DNA from: Deltaproteobacteria bacterium
Lineage (GTDB): Bacteria > Myxococcota > Kuafuiibacteriia > Kuafuiibacteriales > Kuafuiibacteriaceae
Length of the DNA stretch: 64,000 nucleotides
Direction of reading: 5' to 3'
Assembly (NCBI GenBank): GCA_011526105.1
Contig: WYAZ01000034.1
Location: 1 to 64,000, forward strand
Of the stretch, positions 47,609-57,788 are shown in pieces. Each line of letters begins with the position of its first letter. Position 1 is the stretch's first letter. Below the pieces are notes generated by a model, which was given only the letters and a program-made list of their open reading frames with translations, was not told the origin of the DNA and did not search any database. Made by a program: the position numbers and the translations under genes.

Positions 47609-48463
47609 TCAACCGCCTCGGGCGGTCGGCCAAACTTCCAGCGCCGGTGAGTAGGCAGAGAGCCTGACCCGCATGACCTCGATGGCCTCGACGTTCTCGT
47701 CGATGAGCACGAAGCCCCGTCCGTGTTTCGCCGCGGCCTCCCCGGTGGTGCCACTGCCAGCAAAGAAGTCCAGCACGGTGTCGCCGGGCACGGAGTGCAC
47801 ACACACGATGCGCTCGAGGACGGAGAGCGGCTTCTGCGTGGGGTAGCCGGTGCGTTCTTTGGAGGTGGTGGGCACGATCGTGTTCCACCAGACGTCCGTG
47901 GGTGTTTTGCCACGCGCGGCCTTCTCGGCCCCCACCAGACTCGGCGCCATGTACGGGATGCGATCAATCGCGTCATACTCGAAGACGTAGTTCTCCGGAT
48001 CCTTCGCGTACCAGAAGATCACGTCGTGTTTGGAAGGCCAGCGCCTCTTCGGACGGCCACCATAGTCATAGGACCAGACGATCTCGTTCATGAAGGAGAC
48101 CCGACCAAAGATCTCGTCGAGCAAAATCTTGACGTAGTGCGACTCCCGCGGATCCACGTGCAGGAACAGGGAGCCGTCTTCGGGAAGCAGACGCCGAGCC
48201 TCGAGGAGGCGTGGTTCGAGGAAGCTCGCGTAGTCGTCGAAGTGATCTCGATAGGCCCGCTTCTCGCCTTCCTCACTCCGATACCGACGACCCCCGAAGC
48301 CAAGCCGGTCACCCGCCTCATCCTGAACGACCTTGAGACGAGCGCTCTCTTGGGTTCGGCCGGTGTTAAAAGGCGGATCGATGTAGATGAGGCGAAAGCG
48401 CTGGCCCGGGAGGTCTCGTAGAACCTCGAGGTTCTCGCCATGGATGATGCGCCGGTCCAGCAC
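47609..48463 (-). CDS. Beta-class DNA N6-adenine (or possibly N4-cytosine) methyltransferase, apparently without a cognate restriction endonuclease
   Basis: Motif IV IDPPFN precedes motif I FFAGSGTTG (beta-class order). Overall architecture like CcrM/M.HinfI-type enzymes. The stop is 8 nt from the ABC-F stop, convergent. Confidence 0.8.
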   Translation of the reverse strand: MLDRRIIHGENLEVLRDLPGQRFRLIYIDPPFNTGRTQESARLKVVQDEAGDRLGFGGRRYRSEEGEKRAYRDHFDDYASFLEPRLLEARRLLPEDGSLFLHVDPRESHYVKILLDEIFGRVSFMNEIVWSYDYGGRPKRRWPSKHDVIFWYAKDPENYVFEYDAIDRIPYMAPSLVGAEKAARGKTPTDVWWNTIVPTTSKERTGYPTQKPLSVLERIVCVHSVPGDTVLDFFAGSGTTGEAAAKHGRGFVLIDENVEAIEVMRVRLSAYSPALEVWPTARGG

Positions 48464-48555
48464 TGAGGCACCCTAGGCCAAAGCACGGACGGGTTCCAGC
48501 CGTTTGCCTCAGGCCTTCTTAAGTCGACTCGGGTTCGGGTAGAATTGCTGAGCCA

Positions 48556-49074
48556 ATGATCGATGGACCCATTCGGCGCGCCGTCAAGTGGGTTGCGCGC
48601 ACCCTGTACCTCAACCAGCTCCGATTCAGTCGCGCGTGGCGCCGCATGAGAGGTGAGAGGCCCCATGCGCTCGGTGGTGCGTGTGAAGGCTGCGCGAAGT
48701 GTTGTGAGGAGCCGGCGATTCAGGTCTCGGCCGCCTTTAATCCACCCCGGGTCTTGGCTCGCGGCTTTGTCGCGTGGCAGCGCCGGGTCAACGGCTTCGA
48801 GCTCACGCGGGTGGATGAGGATCAAGGGGTGCTGTACTTCCGCTGCACCCACTTCGATCCTTCGACGCGACGCTGCGACAGCTATGGTTCGCGTCCGGGG
48901 ATGTGCCGAGACTATCCGCGGATGCAGCTCTATCAGCCCAACCCCGAACTCTTCGCGGGCTGCGGCTATCGGGCCATTGCACCCAATGCATCGGGACTGC
49001 TCAAAGTGCTCGAAGACCAGCCCATGACCGAGGCGCAGCGCGAGAAGCTGAAGGATGGCTTGCGCCTTCGATAG
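48556..49074 (+). CDS. YkgJ-family Cys-cluster (putative Zn/Fe-chelating CxxCxxCC) protein
   Basis: CEGCAKCC ... CTHFD...RRCDSYGSRPGMCRDYP. Confidence 0.65.
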   Translation: MIDGPIRRAVKWVARTLYLNQLRFSRAWRRMRGERPHALGGACEGCAKCCEEPAIQVSAAFNPPRVLARGFVAWQRRVNGFELTRVDEDQGVLYFRCTHFDPSTRRCDSYGSRPGMCRDYPRMQLYQPNPELFAGCGYRAIAPNASGLLKVLEDQPMTEAQREKLKDGLRLR

Positions 49075-49092
49075 TCATGACTGCGCGGAGCC

Positions 49093-50465
49093 TCACTGCG
49101 AGGGGAGGTTCACCGTCCAGATCGTCGTCCGCGTGAAACCTTCGATTCGATGGGAGGGCACGACAAGTGCACGGTCGCGAATGCTGACGTCGATGCCGTG
49201 GGGTGGGTCACCGGGCAGACTTCGGGTGCAGAGTCCATCCGGGCCTACGATGATGAGCGTGGATGGAACTGCGGCGCCGAACACGAACCGACCTTCGCCC
49301 ATCCGGGCGCCGTTTCGGATATCGAGAGCCCCGCTCGTGTAACAGTCTTCCGACGTGTCGAGGTCAGGCACACAAGTCCACGCGCCTCCGTAGCGAGCCA
49401 GGAAGCTCTTGCCGGGCCGGTAGAGAACCCGTGCGCTCTCGTCGGCGAGAAGCCGCGTCTCGGGTGGAACATCCTCTCGATGCTCGATGGTCCAGCTCGA
49501 TCCGTCGAAGTCCCAGACCCCATCGGAGAGCAGCGCCACCGCCTTTTGGTCGCTCAGGACGTGCATGATCAGGCTACGCGCGGGGGCGCTGAACACGTGA
49601 GTGCGCTGACGATCGTCGACACGGAGCACCGAGCATTCTGCCTCGACGCACAGCTGATCCCACACGTACATCTCGCCCGCGAGCCCGGCGCTGAATCGAG
49701 GATCGGTGCCGAGCACGGGCGCTATCGTCGCGCTGCTCGTATTCGGGTCGATCTCGAAGAGCCCTCCCTCGAACAGGCCAAAGACACGCCCAAATCCGTT
49801 GGAAGTGAGATGTGATGGGCTGCGCACGAAGCCGATGGGCGCGTAAGGCTCGATGCTACCATCGGCCCGCAGGACCATGAGGCGGTCGCGCTCATCGTTC
49901 TCGCGCAGCCGCATGAAGTAGTGATCTCGATCGCCGAATGCAATCCGCGGTACGGCGTCGGTCACGCTCAGAGTTCGCGACTCGAGCGTCAGCTCATCGC
50001 AGTAGGTTCGGCGAGTCTCCGGCCCACGAAACCGCAAATCGACAGTCGATGCCTCCGCCAAGGTCGCGGGTTCGAGCGAGATCGCACCCGGCAGGTCGGT
50101 CGACCGCAGCTCCCCTCGAAGGATCTGTTGCGGCTTCGCTCGAACCGGCGCCCCTTCCCCTCCGAAGGCCAACCCCCGCCGCTCCATGGCCCCGCCGACG
50201 AAAGCCGAGTAGAGGTGGACAACGGTCTGATAGTCCGCGTCCCAGCTGAGGCCGACCTGGATGCGATCACTCGCTGGCGTGACCACGACCGGCTCTGCCG
50301 CGAGGCTCTGCCCGGCGGCGTCGAGGAAGAAGACGACCGCGTACTGGTCGTCCCCCCAGCTGCGTGCGAGCGTGACGGGTTCGGAAGCTTGGCAGGCCAG
50401 GAGCCCACCCGCGATCCAGCCGACAATAAGCTGGGTCGCGAGATGGCTCCTGGGCCGACGGGCGT
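49093..50465 (-). CDS. Hypothetical lipoprotein
   Basis: Lipobox ...IVGWIAGGLLACQASEP near the N-terminus. There is no canonical ATG/GTG/TTG between the lipobox and the icd stop. A CTG at 50463-50465 or an upstream start overlapping icd are both possible, so the start is uncertain. Confidence 0.45.
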
Positions 50466-51797
50466 TCAGCCCATGTTCTCGATGATGAGCGACCCGAACT
50501 CGGAGCACTTCACCAGTTTGGCCCCTTCCATCTGCCGATGGAAGTCGTAGGTCACGGTCTTGTTGCCGATGGTGCGATCGAGGCCGTTGAGCACCAGATC
50601 TGCGGCCTCGCCCCAACCCATGTGCCGGAGCATCATCTCGCCGGACAGGATGACGGAACCCGGATTCACCTTGTCCTGATCCGCGTACTTCGGCGCCGTC
50701 CCGTGGGTGGCTTCGAAGATGGCGTGGCCAGTGACGTAGTTGATGTTGCCGCCGGGGGCGATACCGATGCCGCCCACCTGCGCCGCGAGCGCATCCGACA
50801 GGTAGTCGCCGTTCAGGTTCAAGGTCGCAATGACGTCGAACTCGCTGGGACGGGTGAGCACCTGCTGAAGGGTGATGTCCGCGATGGCGTCCTTCAGGAT
50901 GATCTTACCGCTCTTCACCGCCGCGTCGTACTCGGCGTTCGCCGCTGCCTCTCCCTTGTCGGCCTTGGTGCGCTCCCACTGCGAGTGGCCCGAGCCACCC
51001 CAGCCGTAGGTCTTGTCGGCGAACTCTTTCTCGCCCAGCTCGAAGCCCCACATCATGAACGCACCCTCGGTGAACTTCATGATGTTGCCCTTGTGGACGA
51101 AGGTAACGCTCTTTCGGCCCTGCTTGATCGCGTACTCGATCGCGGCGCGCACGAGGCGGTCGGTGCCCTGATGCGAGACCGGCTTGATGCCGAGGCCAGT
51201 GGTCTCCGGGAAGCGGATCTTCTTGTAGAGGTCCGGGAAGTTCTCCTTCATCATCGAGAGCATCTTCTTGGTGTCGTCGGCGCCCGCCTCGAACTCGATG
51301 CCGGCGTAGATGTCTTCGGTGTTCTCGCGGAAGATCACCATGTTTACCGCGCCAGGGTTCTTCACCGGCGAAGGCACGCCTTGGAACCAGCGAACCGGGC
51401 GCAAGCAGACGTAGAGATCGAGCATCTGACGAAGCGCCACGTTGAGCGAACGGATGCCGCCTCCGATCGGCGTGGTGAGCGGTCCCTTGATACCGACGAG
51501 GTACTCTCTAAAGGCAGTGACGGTCTCGTCCGGGAGCCAGTTCTTGGTGAGGTTGAAGGCCTTCTCGCCCGCGAGAACCTCGTACCAAGCGATCTTCTTC
51601 TTGCCCTTGTAGGCCTTCTCGACGGCGGCATCGAGGACGCGCACGGAGGACTTCCAGATGTCGCGGCCGGTGCCGTCACCTTCGATGAAGGGGATGATGG
51701 GGTGGTCGCCGACGTTCAGGACGCCGTTCTTGCCGATGGTGATTTTGTCGCCCTTGGGGGGCGTGAAGTCGAAGTCTTTCATGAATGTCGAGGGCAT
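50466..51797 (-). CDS. icd: NADP-dependent isocitrate dehydrogenase (homodimeric, E. coli Icd type)
   Basis: The ORF is trimmed to the ATG at 51795-51797 ([11 protein letters not shown]...). Conserved blocks [43 protein letters not shown]-terminal [13 protein letters not shown]. Confidence 0.9.
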   Translation of the reverse strand: MPSTFMKDFDFTPPKGDKITIGKNGVLNVGDHPIIPFIEGDGTGRDIWKSSVRVLDAAVEKAYKGKKKIAWYEVLAGEKAFNLTKNWLPDETVTAFREYLVGIKGPLTTPIGGGIRSLNVALRQMLDLYVCLRPVRWFQGVPSPVKNPGAVNMVIFRENTEDIYAGIEFEAGADDTKKMLSMMKENFPDLYKKIRFPETTGLGIKPVSHQGTDRLVRAAIEYAIKQGRKSVTFVHKGNIMKFTEGAFMMWGFELGEKEFADKTYGWGGSGHSQWERTKADKGEAAANAEYDAAVKSGKIILKDAIADITLQQVLTRPSEFDVIATLNLNGDYLSDALAAQVGGIGIAPGGNINYVTGHAIFEATHGTAPKYADQDKVNPGSVILSGEMMLRHMGWGEAADLVLNGLDRTIGNKTVTYDFHRQMEGAKLVKCSEFGSLIIENMG

Positions 51798-51838
51798 ACC
51801 GCCGGCCTCTCGCCGGGGCAAGTGCCCAGACACCGAGG

Positions 51839-52081
51839 CTAGATGCGACCTAGGAGCATACGCTGGACGAGCTGTATCAAAAGGATGAGGAAGATCGGAG
51901 AGATGTCGAAGCCACCGGTTTTCTCCGGGGGGAGGACCGCGCGGAACGGGGCGTAGAGGGGGGCGGTGATCTTGGTGGTAAAGCTGCGCGGGAACTTGTG
52001 CGCGGGCATGACCCAAGAGAGCACGGCGTCCGCGATCAAGAAGTAGACGAAGAAGTTGAGTCCCTGGATCAGCGCTGCCAT
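51839..52081 (-). CDS. YggT-family small membrane protein
   Basis: 80 aa, two TM. Resembles YggT/Ycf19. Confidence 0.6.
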   Translation of the reverse strand: MAALIQGLNFFVYFLIADAVLSWVMPAHKFPRSFTTKITAPLYAPFRAVLPPEKTGGFDISPIFLILLIQLVQRMLLGRI

Positions 52082-53307
52082 GTGATGCCCTTAACCTCCG
52101 ACCGAGGGCCGGTATTTCGGAGCAGCCAAACCAAAGAGACGGCCGCTGCGAGCATGATCCCCCCCGCGACCTCCAAAGGCAAGGCCGCGCCGTGCGCGAG
52201 CAAGCCGGCGAGCCCGAGCACGACGAAGAGCCGGACCACCTCGAGCCTCGGCGCCCACGCGCGGCGCTCGAGAAGTCCACCGATCGAGACCAAGGTGACG
52301 AGCGCGAGCAGCGCCGCTCCCGCACGTGCGCTCTCACTCAGCGCGCGTGCGTGCTGAAGAAAGAGCATCGTGCCGGGCACCATGGGGATGAACTGCAGGC
52401 CCGCGTAGACGGAGAGCGAGAGCGGGCGCTCGGTCTCGTACTTCGGTAGATCGAGCGGCGCATGCGGGGGCGCCTCGACCCCGCTCGGCATCCATCCCGG
52501 ACGCTTCAGCCAGAGCCGCAAGGCGTCTTGCCAACGGTCGCTCCCCTTCGATTGACGATAGAGCTCGGCGTAGTAGTGAAAGTTCGCCCAAAGCGGGTTC
52601 CAGCTTCGAAACGCGTGGGTCACGCCGTAGACCGGCTCCTCCTCCTCGCGTTGATAGGTCCCAAAGAGCATGTCCCAGATGATGAGCGTGCCGCCGTGAT
52701 TTCGGTCGAGGTACTTGGGGTTGCGGCCGTGGTGCACGCGGTGATGAGACGGCGTGTTCAAGACCCACTCGAGCGGTCCCATCCGCCCGATGAGCCGCGT
52801 GTGAATCCAGAACTGATAGAGCACGTTGATGGAGAGCATCGCGCCGAACATGAGGGGCGGAAAGCCGAGCACCGCGAGCGGAAGATAAAACACCCACGAA
52901 AACGCGGGCTGAAACGCGGCCTGCCTCAAAGCCACCGCGAGGTTGTACTCCTCGCTCTGATGGTGGACCACGTGCGCGCCCCAGAGCAGGTTCACTTGGT
53001 GGCTCGTGCGATGGAACCAGTAGTAGAAGAAGTCGACGCCGATGAAGAGCAGGGCCCACGACCACACCGTGTCTGTAGGCAAGGTGGTGATGCGAAGGCG
53101 ATCGTAGATCGCCACGTAGGCCCCGATGGTCAGCACGCGGATGAAGACCCCGAAGATTTGCTGCAGCACCCCGCAACCGAGATCCGAGAGGGTGTCGGAC
53201 AAGCGATACACCGCACGTCCCTTCCATCGCGCCACCGCCCACTCGACGCCGATGAGAAGAAAGAAGAAAGGAATCGCCAGCGCGATGTAGTTCACGCCTT
53301 TGCCCAT
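52069..53307 (-). CDS. Fatty-acid hydroxylase superfamily / sterol-desaturase-family membrane protein
   Basis: Three His boxes (HRTSH, HVVHH, HHRVHH) in a 4-TM context. Additional C-terminal membrane domain. Confidence 0.8.
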   Translation of the reverse strand: MGKGVNYIALAIPFFFLLIGVEWAVARWKGRAVYRLSDTLSDLGCGVLQQIFGVFIRVLTIGAYVAIYDRLRITTLPTDTVWSWALLFIGVDFFYYWFHRTSHQVNLLWGAHVVHHQSEEYNLAVALRQAAFQPAFSWVFYLPLAVLGFPPLMFGAMLSINVLYQFWIHTRLIGRMGPLEWVLNTPSHHRVHHGRNPKYLDRNHGGTLIIWDMLFGTYQREEEEPVYGVTHAFRSWNPLWANFHYYAELYRQSKGSDRWQDALRLWLKRPGWMPSGVEAPPHAPLDLPKYETERPLSLSVYAGLQFIPMVPGTMLFLQHARALSESARAGAALLALVTLVSIGGLLERRAWAPRLEVVRLFVVLGLAGLLAHGAALPLEVAGGIMLAAAVSLVWLLRNTGPRSEVKGITWQR

Positions 53308-53389
53308 GGCTCATGGTTTCTTCGGAGACCACGGCGGTCAAGCGGGCGTCTCGCGGACAGACTCGTGCTACGTACCGCGGCCTCCCTTC

Positions 53390-54673
53390 ATGCACGACCG
53401 GCGCGTCACCATCCTCCTGACCGCGCTCATGTTCATGAGCGGCGCCGACCTGCTCATCATGACGCCCATTCTGCCTCAGCTCAGCCGCGAGCTCGGGGTG
53501 GATGTCGAGATGGGCGGGCTCTGGGTGACCGCGTACGGCGGTGCGACCGCGCTCTTCGCGCTGCTGTTCGGGCCCGTCTCGGACGCCAAGGGACGCAAGC
53601 CGGTGCTCGTAGCCGGGATGCTCACCATGGGCCTGGGCACCCTGGCTTGCGGTCTCGCCACCGGCTTCTCGAGCATGCTCGCGGCCCGAATGCTCGCGGG
53701 GGCGGGCTCCGGTCTGCTCGTCACCTCCACCACCAGCTACGTCGGCGACCACTACGAACCGGCGGCTCGAGCCGAAGCGATGGGCTACGTGATGGGCGGC
53801 TTCTTCCTCTCGCTCATCCTCGGCGTCCCTCTGGGCGCCTGGCTGACCGCTTGGGTGGGATGGAAGTTCATGTTCTTCGTCTTCTCGGGCGGGGTCTTCA
53901 TCGTGGCCTTGGGTCTGCACCTTGGTCTTCCGAGTCCAAGGTACGAGAACAAGCTCGGCAAGGTCGCGCTCGGGGCCGCGCTCAGCGCGTATGCACGCCT
54001 CCTGCGAGACCGCAAGGTGCTCGGGATCCTCATCATGTCGCTCGGCATCGGGCTGAGCATGACGATGTTCAGCGTCTATTCGAGCCCGTGGATGGCCGAA
54101 CAATTCGGCCTCGACACCGCCGAGCGCGGCCTCGTCTATGCCATCGGCGGACCGGCGGTCTTTCTCGGCGGACCCCTCGCCGGTCGCCTCTCCAACGCCG
54201 TGGGTCGCGTGTCCATGGTGGTGGCCGGCAGCAGCCTCATGGCGGTCATGCAGATCGTCATCTCACAGAGTCACCTGCTCGGCGCCTCCATCGGGGCGGG
54301 CCTCGGCGCGAGCCTAGAGGAGTTTGCCACCTTCGGCTCAGTCCCGTGGCCGATCGCCGCGCCCACCGTGGTGAGCTTTTTCCTCATCATGGTCGCGGGC
54401 TCGAGCCGCTCGGCCCCGTTTCAGACCCTCGCCATCGAGGTGGTCTCCGCCGAGGACCGCGGCGCGCTTGCGGCCGTGCGCAACTCCTTCAATCAAACCG
54501 GCAGCGCGCTCGGGGCAGCGCTCGGCGGCCTCATCTGGGCGGGCGCCGCTGAATCCCGCTACACTTGGTTGTGCGGAATCTCGGCGGGGCTGGGTCTAGG
54601 CGGCGTTCTGGTCATGAGAGTTCTAGTCGGGCGCGATCCTCCGCGGGATCACGCCCCTTCCTTCGAGGGCTGA
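53390..54673 (+). CDS. MFS transporter
   Basis: The ORF 53300.. is trimmed to the ATG at 53390 (MHDRRVTILLTALMFMSGADLL...). 12 TM. MFS motif A-like GPVSDAKGRKPVL. Confidence 0.75.
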   Translation: MHDRRVTILLTALMFMSGADLLIMTPILPQLSRELGVDVEMGGLWVTAYGGATALFALLFGPVSDAKGRKPVLVAGMLTMGLGTLACGLATGFSSMLAARMLAGAGSGLLVTSTTSYVGDHYEPAARAEAMGYVMGGFFLSLILGVPLGAWLTAWVGWKFMFFVFSGGVFIVALGLHLGLPSPRYENKLGKVALGAALSAYARLLRDRKVLGILIMSLGIGLSMTMFSVYSSPWMAEQFGLDTAERGLVYAIGGPAVFLGGPLAGRLSNAVGRVSMVVAGSSLMAVMQIVISQSHLLGASIGAGLGASLEEFATFGSVPWPIAAPTVVSFFLIMVAGSSRSAPFQTLAIEVVSAEDRGALAAVRNSFNQTGSALGAALGGLIWAGAAESRYTWLCGISAGLGLGGVLVMRVLVGRDPPRDHAPSFEG

Positions 54674-54675
54674 AG

Positions 54676-55107
54676 ATGCGATTTCACGAGACGATTCACG
54701 GGGTCTACTTCGATGATCTGGATGCCTTTCAGATCCTGCACAACGCGCGTTATCTCTTGCTCTTCGAGCACGGCATCGGCGCGTTCTGGAGGCATTTGGG
54801 CTGGGCCGGCGAGCTCGACTTCAACTCGAATCCCGACCAGTACCACCTCGTTCGCACCAACCACATCGAGTACCTCTCACCGGTGCGTGGCACCAAAGAG
54901 GTCCGCGTGCGGGTGTGGGTGGAGAAACTCGGTCGGACCAGCCTGACCTTTGGCTTTCGCGTGCTGCCGCTGGACGAAGATGTCGATCACGCGCGCGGAA
55001 CCCGCGTCATCGTGCGGGTGGATCCAGAGACCAAGCTGCCCAGCGAGTGGTCGGAGTCGTTCCGGCAGAGCGTGGCGCCCTACCGAAAAGACACGAATCC
55101 GCTCTAG
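54676..55107 (+). CDS. Acyl-CoA thioesterase, hotdog fold (YbgC/4HBT-like)
   Basis: MRFHETIHGVYFDDLDAFQILHNARYLLLFE is a typical 4HBT N-terminus with the catalytic Asp. 143 aa. Confidence 0.7.
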   Translation: MRFHETIHGVYFDDLDAFQILHNARYLLLFEHGIGAFWRHLGWAGELDFNSNPDQYHLVRTNHIEYLSPVRGTKEVRVRVWVEKLGRTSLTFGFRVLPLDEDVDHARGTRVIVRVDPETKLPSEWSESFRQSVAPYRKDTNPL

Positions 55108-55760
55108 CTGGTCGGCCGCCAGTGGACCTCGCGCAGGAAGTTGCCGTGCAGGTACTCGCGCTCGATCATCTCCGCCATGGCCTCGGGGTCTCTGTATTCT
55201 TCCCAGGACACCCGGATGACCGGCACCTTGCGCGAGATGTCACGAATGAAGTCTTCGTACGATCGATGGAGCGCCTGCAGGTATTCGAGTGAGAGGCCCG
55301 ACTCGACGTCTCGTGAGCGCTGCTGCACGCGCTCGAGCGAGGTCTCGGGTTTGAGATCGAGATAGATGATGAGGTGCGGCCTGCACATGAAGTTGCTCAT
55401 GTGCCGAAAGAGCTGGAGGTAGGTCCGGTAGTCCCGCTCCTCCATGAGCTTCTGATCCACCAGAGTCCTCGCGAAGACCGCGTCCTCGTAGATGGTGCGA
55501 TCCTGAACCGCCCCGCCCCCACGCCAGATGATCTCCTGGTGCTGCTGAAAACGACGATTGAGCAGGTAGATCTGAGTGGCGAACGAGTAACGCGCGGTGT
55601 CGCGATAGAAGTCGGCGAGGTACTCGTTGTCTTCGACCGGCTCGAAGTAGACCGGTAGATCCAGGTGGCGCCCTAGGGTCTTGGCCAGCGTGGTCTTGCC
55701 CGCCCCGATGAGGCCGGCCACACCGATGAAGAGGTCTTGCAGCGCTTCTCTTTGCTTCAT
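55104..55760 (-). CDS. Deoxynucleoside kinase (dCK/dGK family)
   Basis: P-loop IGVAGLIGAGKTT, YFEPV, ...ERS... motifs. Track start 55790 is GTG. The ATG at 55760 (MKQREALQDLF) is preferred. Its stop overlaps the thioesterase stop as CTAG. Confidence 0.8.
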   Translation of the reverse strand: MKQREALQDLFIGVAGLIGAGKTTLAKTLGRHLDLPVYFEPVEDNEYLADFYRDTARYSFATQIYLLNRRFQQHQEIIWRGGGAVQDRTIYEDAVFARTLVDQKLMEERDYRTYLQLFRHMSNFMCRPHLIIYLDLKPETSLERVQQRSRDVESGLSLEYLQALHRSYEDFIRDISRKVPVIRVSWEEYRDPEAMAEMIEREYLHGNFLREVHWRPTS

Positions 55761-55795
55761 GTTCGAATAGCCCTTGGTGGGGTCAGGCACTTAGC

Positions 55796-57340
55796 ATGGA
55801 AGCCGGAAGTACAGGCCGAAAAACGGGCGCGCGCAAGACGGGCCGGTTTGATTCAGCGCGGCTTGTCCGGGTATGGTCGAGGGCGGTGAAGCTTCCCCCG
55901 TCATCACCGCCGCCGGACTCCGGCGGAGCCAAGAAGACCTACGACAAGGACAAGACCGCTACACGGCGCATGGTGGCGGGGGCGGCGGGCGGCATGCTCG
56001 GCGTCGACTACGAAGACTCGAGGCGCGCGGATCCCAACACCAAAGCCAAACCACCCAAGGAGCTCCCGGGCACCACCGATCGGCGCATGGCGGAGAAGCA
56101 GGCGCAGATCGCGCAGGGCCAAGCACAATCGAACCGTGCCTCCGAAAAAGGCGAGCTCGGCGTCGGTCGCGACGAAGCCTACGTCGTGCGCCCCGAGGAA
56201 GACGCGCCCACCAAAGAGAAGAAGAAGAAACCGCGTCACATCGCGCGCGATCGCTTTCAGGTCGACAAGGACGCCCCCGAGCTCGTGCGCACCCGCGAGT
56301 GGGATTCGGAGTCGGAGGAAGAGCGCCGAGATCCGGATGAGCAGGAGCTCGAGCTCGCGGACTGGTTCAGCAGCGACTCTGTTCTCCCGGAGGGCGGCCC
56401 GTCGGTCTCGAGAGCGCACCTCTTCGACGAGGACCGAAAGCCCGAGCCCGGAGACCCTTCCCTTCGCGACCCGGAGAGCATCCAGCGTGCCCTCGGCGCG
56501 CCCGCATCCTATGCGAAACATGTGATGATCCTCGCGGAGGCCTTTCGTCGCACCACCGGCGCGACGCGCAGCGAAGCACTCAGCTACTTGGGCGCGATGT
56601 TCGTGGGGCTCAAGGACCGCTCGTTTGGGCGGCTCGCGCTCAAGGAGTTCGGACCGTCCACGGGCATCCTGGACATCTATCCGCTCGAGGTCATGGAGCA
56701 CGTGCTCGAGAACCATCCCGGCTACCTGCCCAAGGCCGGCTTTGGCACCATCTTTCGCAAGGAAGGCGAAGAGAGACGCAAGCTCGTCGCCAAGGTCGAT
56801 GAAGAGATCGTGCTCGAGTATCCCGAGAGCTTGAAGGTGCGCGGCTTCGCTCTGAAAGGCGGAGGTTGTCCGGGCTACGTCTTCGAGCCGGGCGCGGAGC
56901 CCGGGCAATACCGACTGGTGTTCAGCTCTGCCGGTCGTTTCGACGTGCTGCTGTCCGCCACCAACCGCGCGGGCTACACGATGATCGATCGACTCGAGGT
57001 CGAGGTGGAAGACGCGAAAGGCAAGAAGGCCCCGAGCAAGACGACCGCGCTGGCTGCGTATCCAGAGCGCGACGAGTCCCGTGTCGCCAGGTGGCCGTGG
57101 CCCGAGGTGGAGCCGCTCGATCCGCGCGCGCTTCTCGAAGAGGCGGAGAGCGCAGTCTCGAGTCGCGCGAGCCCGCTCATGACCGCGGCCGAGCTGGCGT
57201 GGAGACAGACCGCCGCCAAAGTGGGTGAAGGCAACCTCGCGGCCGGCCCGTTCCGTGTGAACGACGACAGCGAGGAGGCCGAAGGCGAAGACACCGACGT
57301 CGGCGTGCCTGCATTCGGCTCAGAAGAATCCAAATCGTAG
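55796..57340 (+). CDS. Hypothetical protein with a disordered basic/acidic N-terminal half and a structured C-terminal domain
   Basis: The C-terminal region has a balanced composition (ILDIYPLEVMEHVLENHPGYLPKAGFGTIFRKEGEERRKLVAKVDEEIVLEYPESLKVRGFALKGGGCPGYVFEP) whereas the antisense ORFs are Arg/Ala/Gly-rich junk. The start is uncertain. Confidence 0.45.
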   Translation: MEAGSTGRKTGARKTGRFDSARLVRVWSRAVKLPPSSPPPDSGGAKKTYDKDKTATRRMVAGAAGGMLGVDYEDSRRADPNTKAKPPKELPGTTDRRMAEKQAQIAQGQAQSNRASEKGELGVGRDEAYVVRPEEDAPTKEKKKKPRHIARDRFQVDKDAPELVRTREWDSESEEERRDPDEQELELADWFSSDSVLPEGGPSVSRAHLFDEDRKPEPGDPSLRDPESIQRALGAPASYAKHVMILAEAFRRTTGATRSEALSYLGAMFVGLKDRSFGRLALKEFGPSTGILDIYPLEVMEHVLENHPGYLPKAGFGTIFRKEGEERRKLVAKVDEEIVLEYPESLKVRGFALKGGGCPGYVFEPGAEPGQYRLVFSSAGRFDVLLSATNRAGYTMIDRLEVEVEDAKGKKAPSKTTALAAYPERDESRVARWPWPEVEPLDPRALLEEAESAVSSRASPLMTAAELAWRQTAAKVGEGNLAAGPFRVNDDSEEAEGEDTDVGVPAFGSEESKS

Positions 57341-57778
57341 ACCGAGGCCCGCCTCTACGAGCGCCTCGAGCTCGGGGGACAAGACGAGGGCCGGCGCGAT
57401 CTCGGCGTACAACTCCGCTTCTCCGGCCGGCAGAAGAACCGAGAATCCGAACGGCACTCTGAGCCCGAACGCGGAGTCTTGCTCTGCCTCCAGGGTCCAG
57501 CGCAGGCCCGCGCCAAACCAGAACAGACCACGCGCGATGGAGGCGAGTTCACCTCCGAGGTCGGGCGGCCGATAGACGAGGTCGAGACGAGATCCGAGTT
57601 CGGTTCGATCCGAAGGCGGAGTCAGGGTGAGATGCGCCGCAAAGCGGGGACTCAGATCGAGCGCGGCGCTGAGCCCGACCGGGGCGCCGAGCACCAGTCC
57701 GGCGCGGAAGGAGGGCTCGGGGGCCGAGGCCCACATCAAACCGATCGCGGAGAGCATCAAACTGTGCGTGAGAATCAT
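57320..57778 (-). CDS. Small secreted beta-barrel-like outer-membrane protein (hypothetical)
   Basis: Signal peptide MILTHSLMLSAIGLMWASAPE. Ends ...GLGLRFGFF (C-terminal Phe). Confidence 0.5.
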   Translation of the reverse strand: MILTHSLMLSAIGLMWASAPEPSFRAGLVLGAPVGLSAALDLSPRFAAHLTLTPPSDRTELGSRLDLVYRPPDLGGELASIARGLFWFGAGLRWTLEAEQDSAFGLRVPFGFSVLLPAGEAELYAEIAPALVLSPELEALVEAGLGLRFGFF

Positions 57779-57788
57779 GACCGGGCGG

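Noticed and set aside
47600-49100. Restriction endonuclease partner for the methyltransferase
   Set aside because: The flanking ORFs are ABC-F and a YkgJ Cys-cluster protein, neither with nuclease motifs (PD-(D/E)xK, HNH or GIY-YIG), so no restriction-modification system is called
52462-54552. 696-aa plus-strand ORF and 589-aa minus-strand ORF (52334..54103) spanning the desaturase/MFS region
   Set aside because: Extremely Arg/Gly/His-rich. The real genes are the His-box hydroxylase (-) and the MFS transporter (+) in other frames
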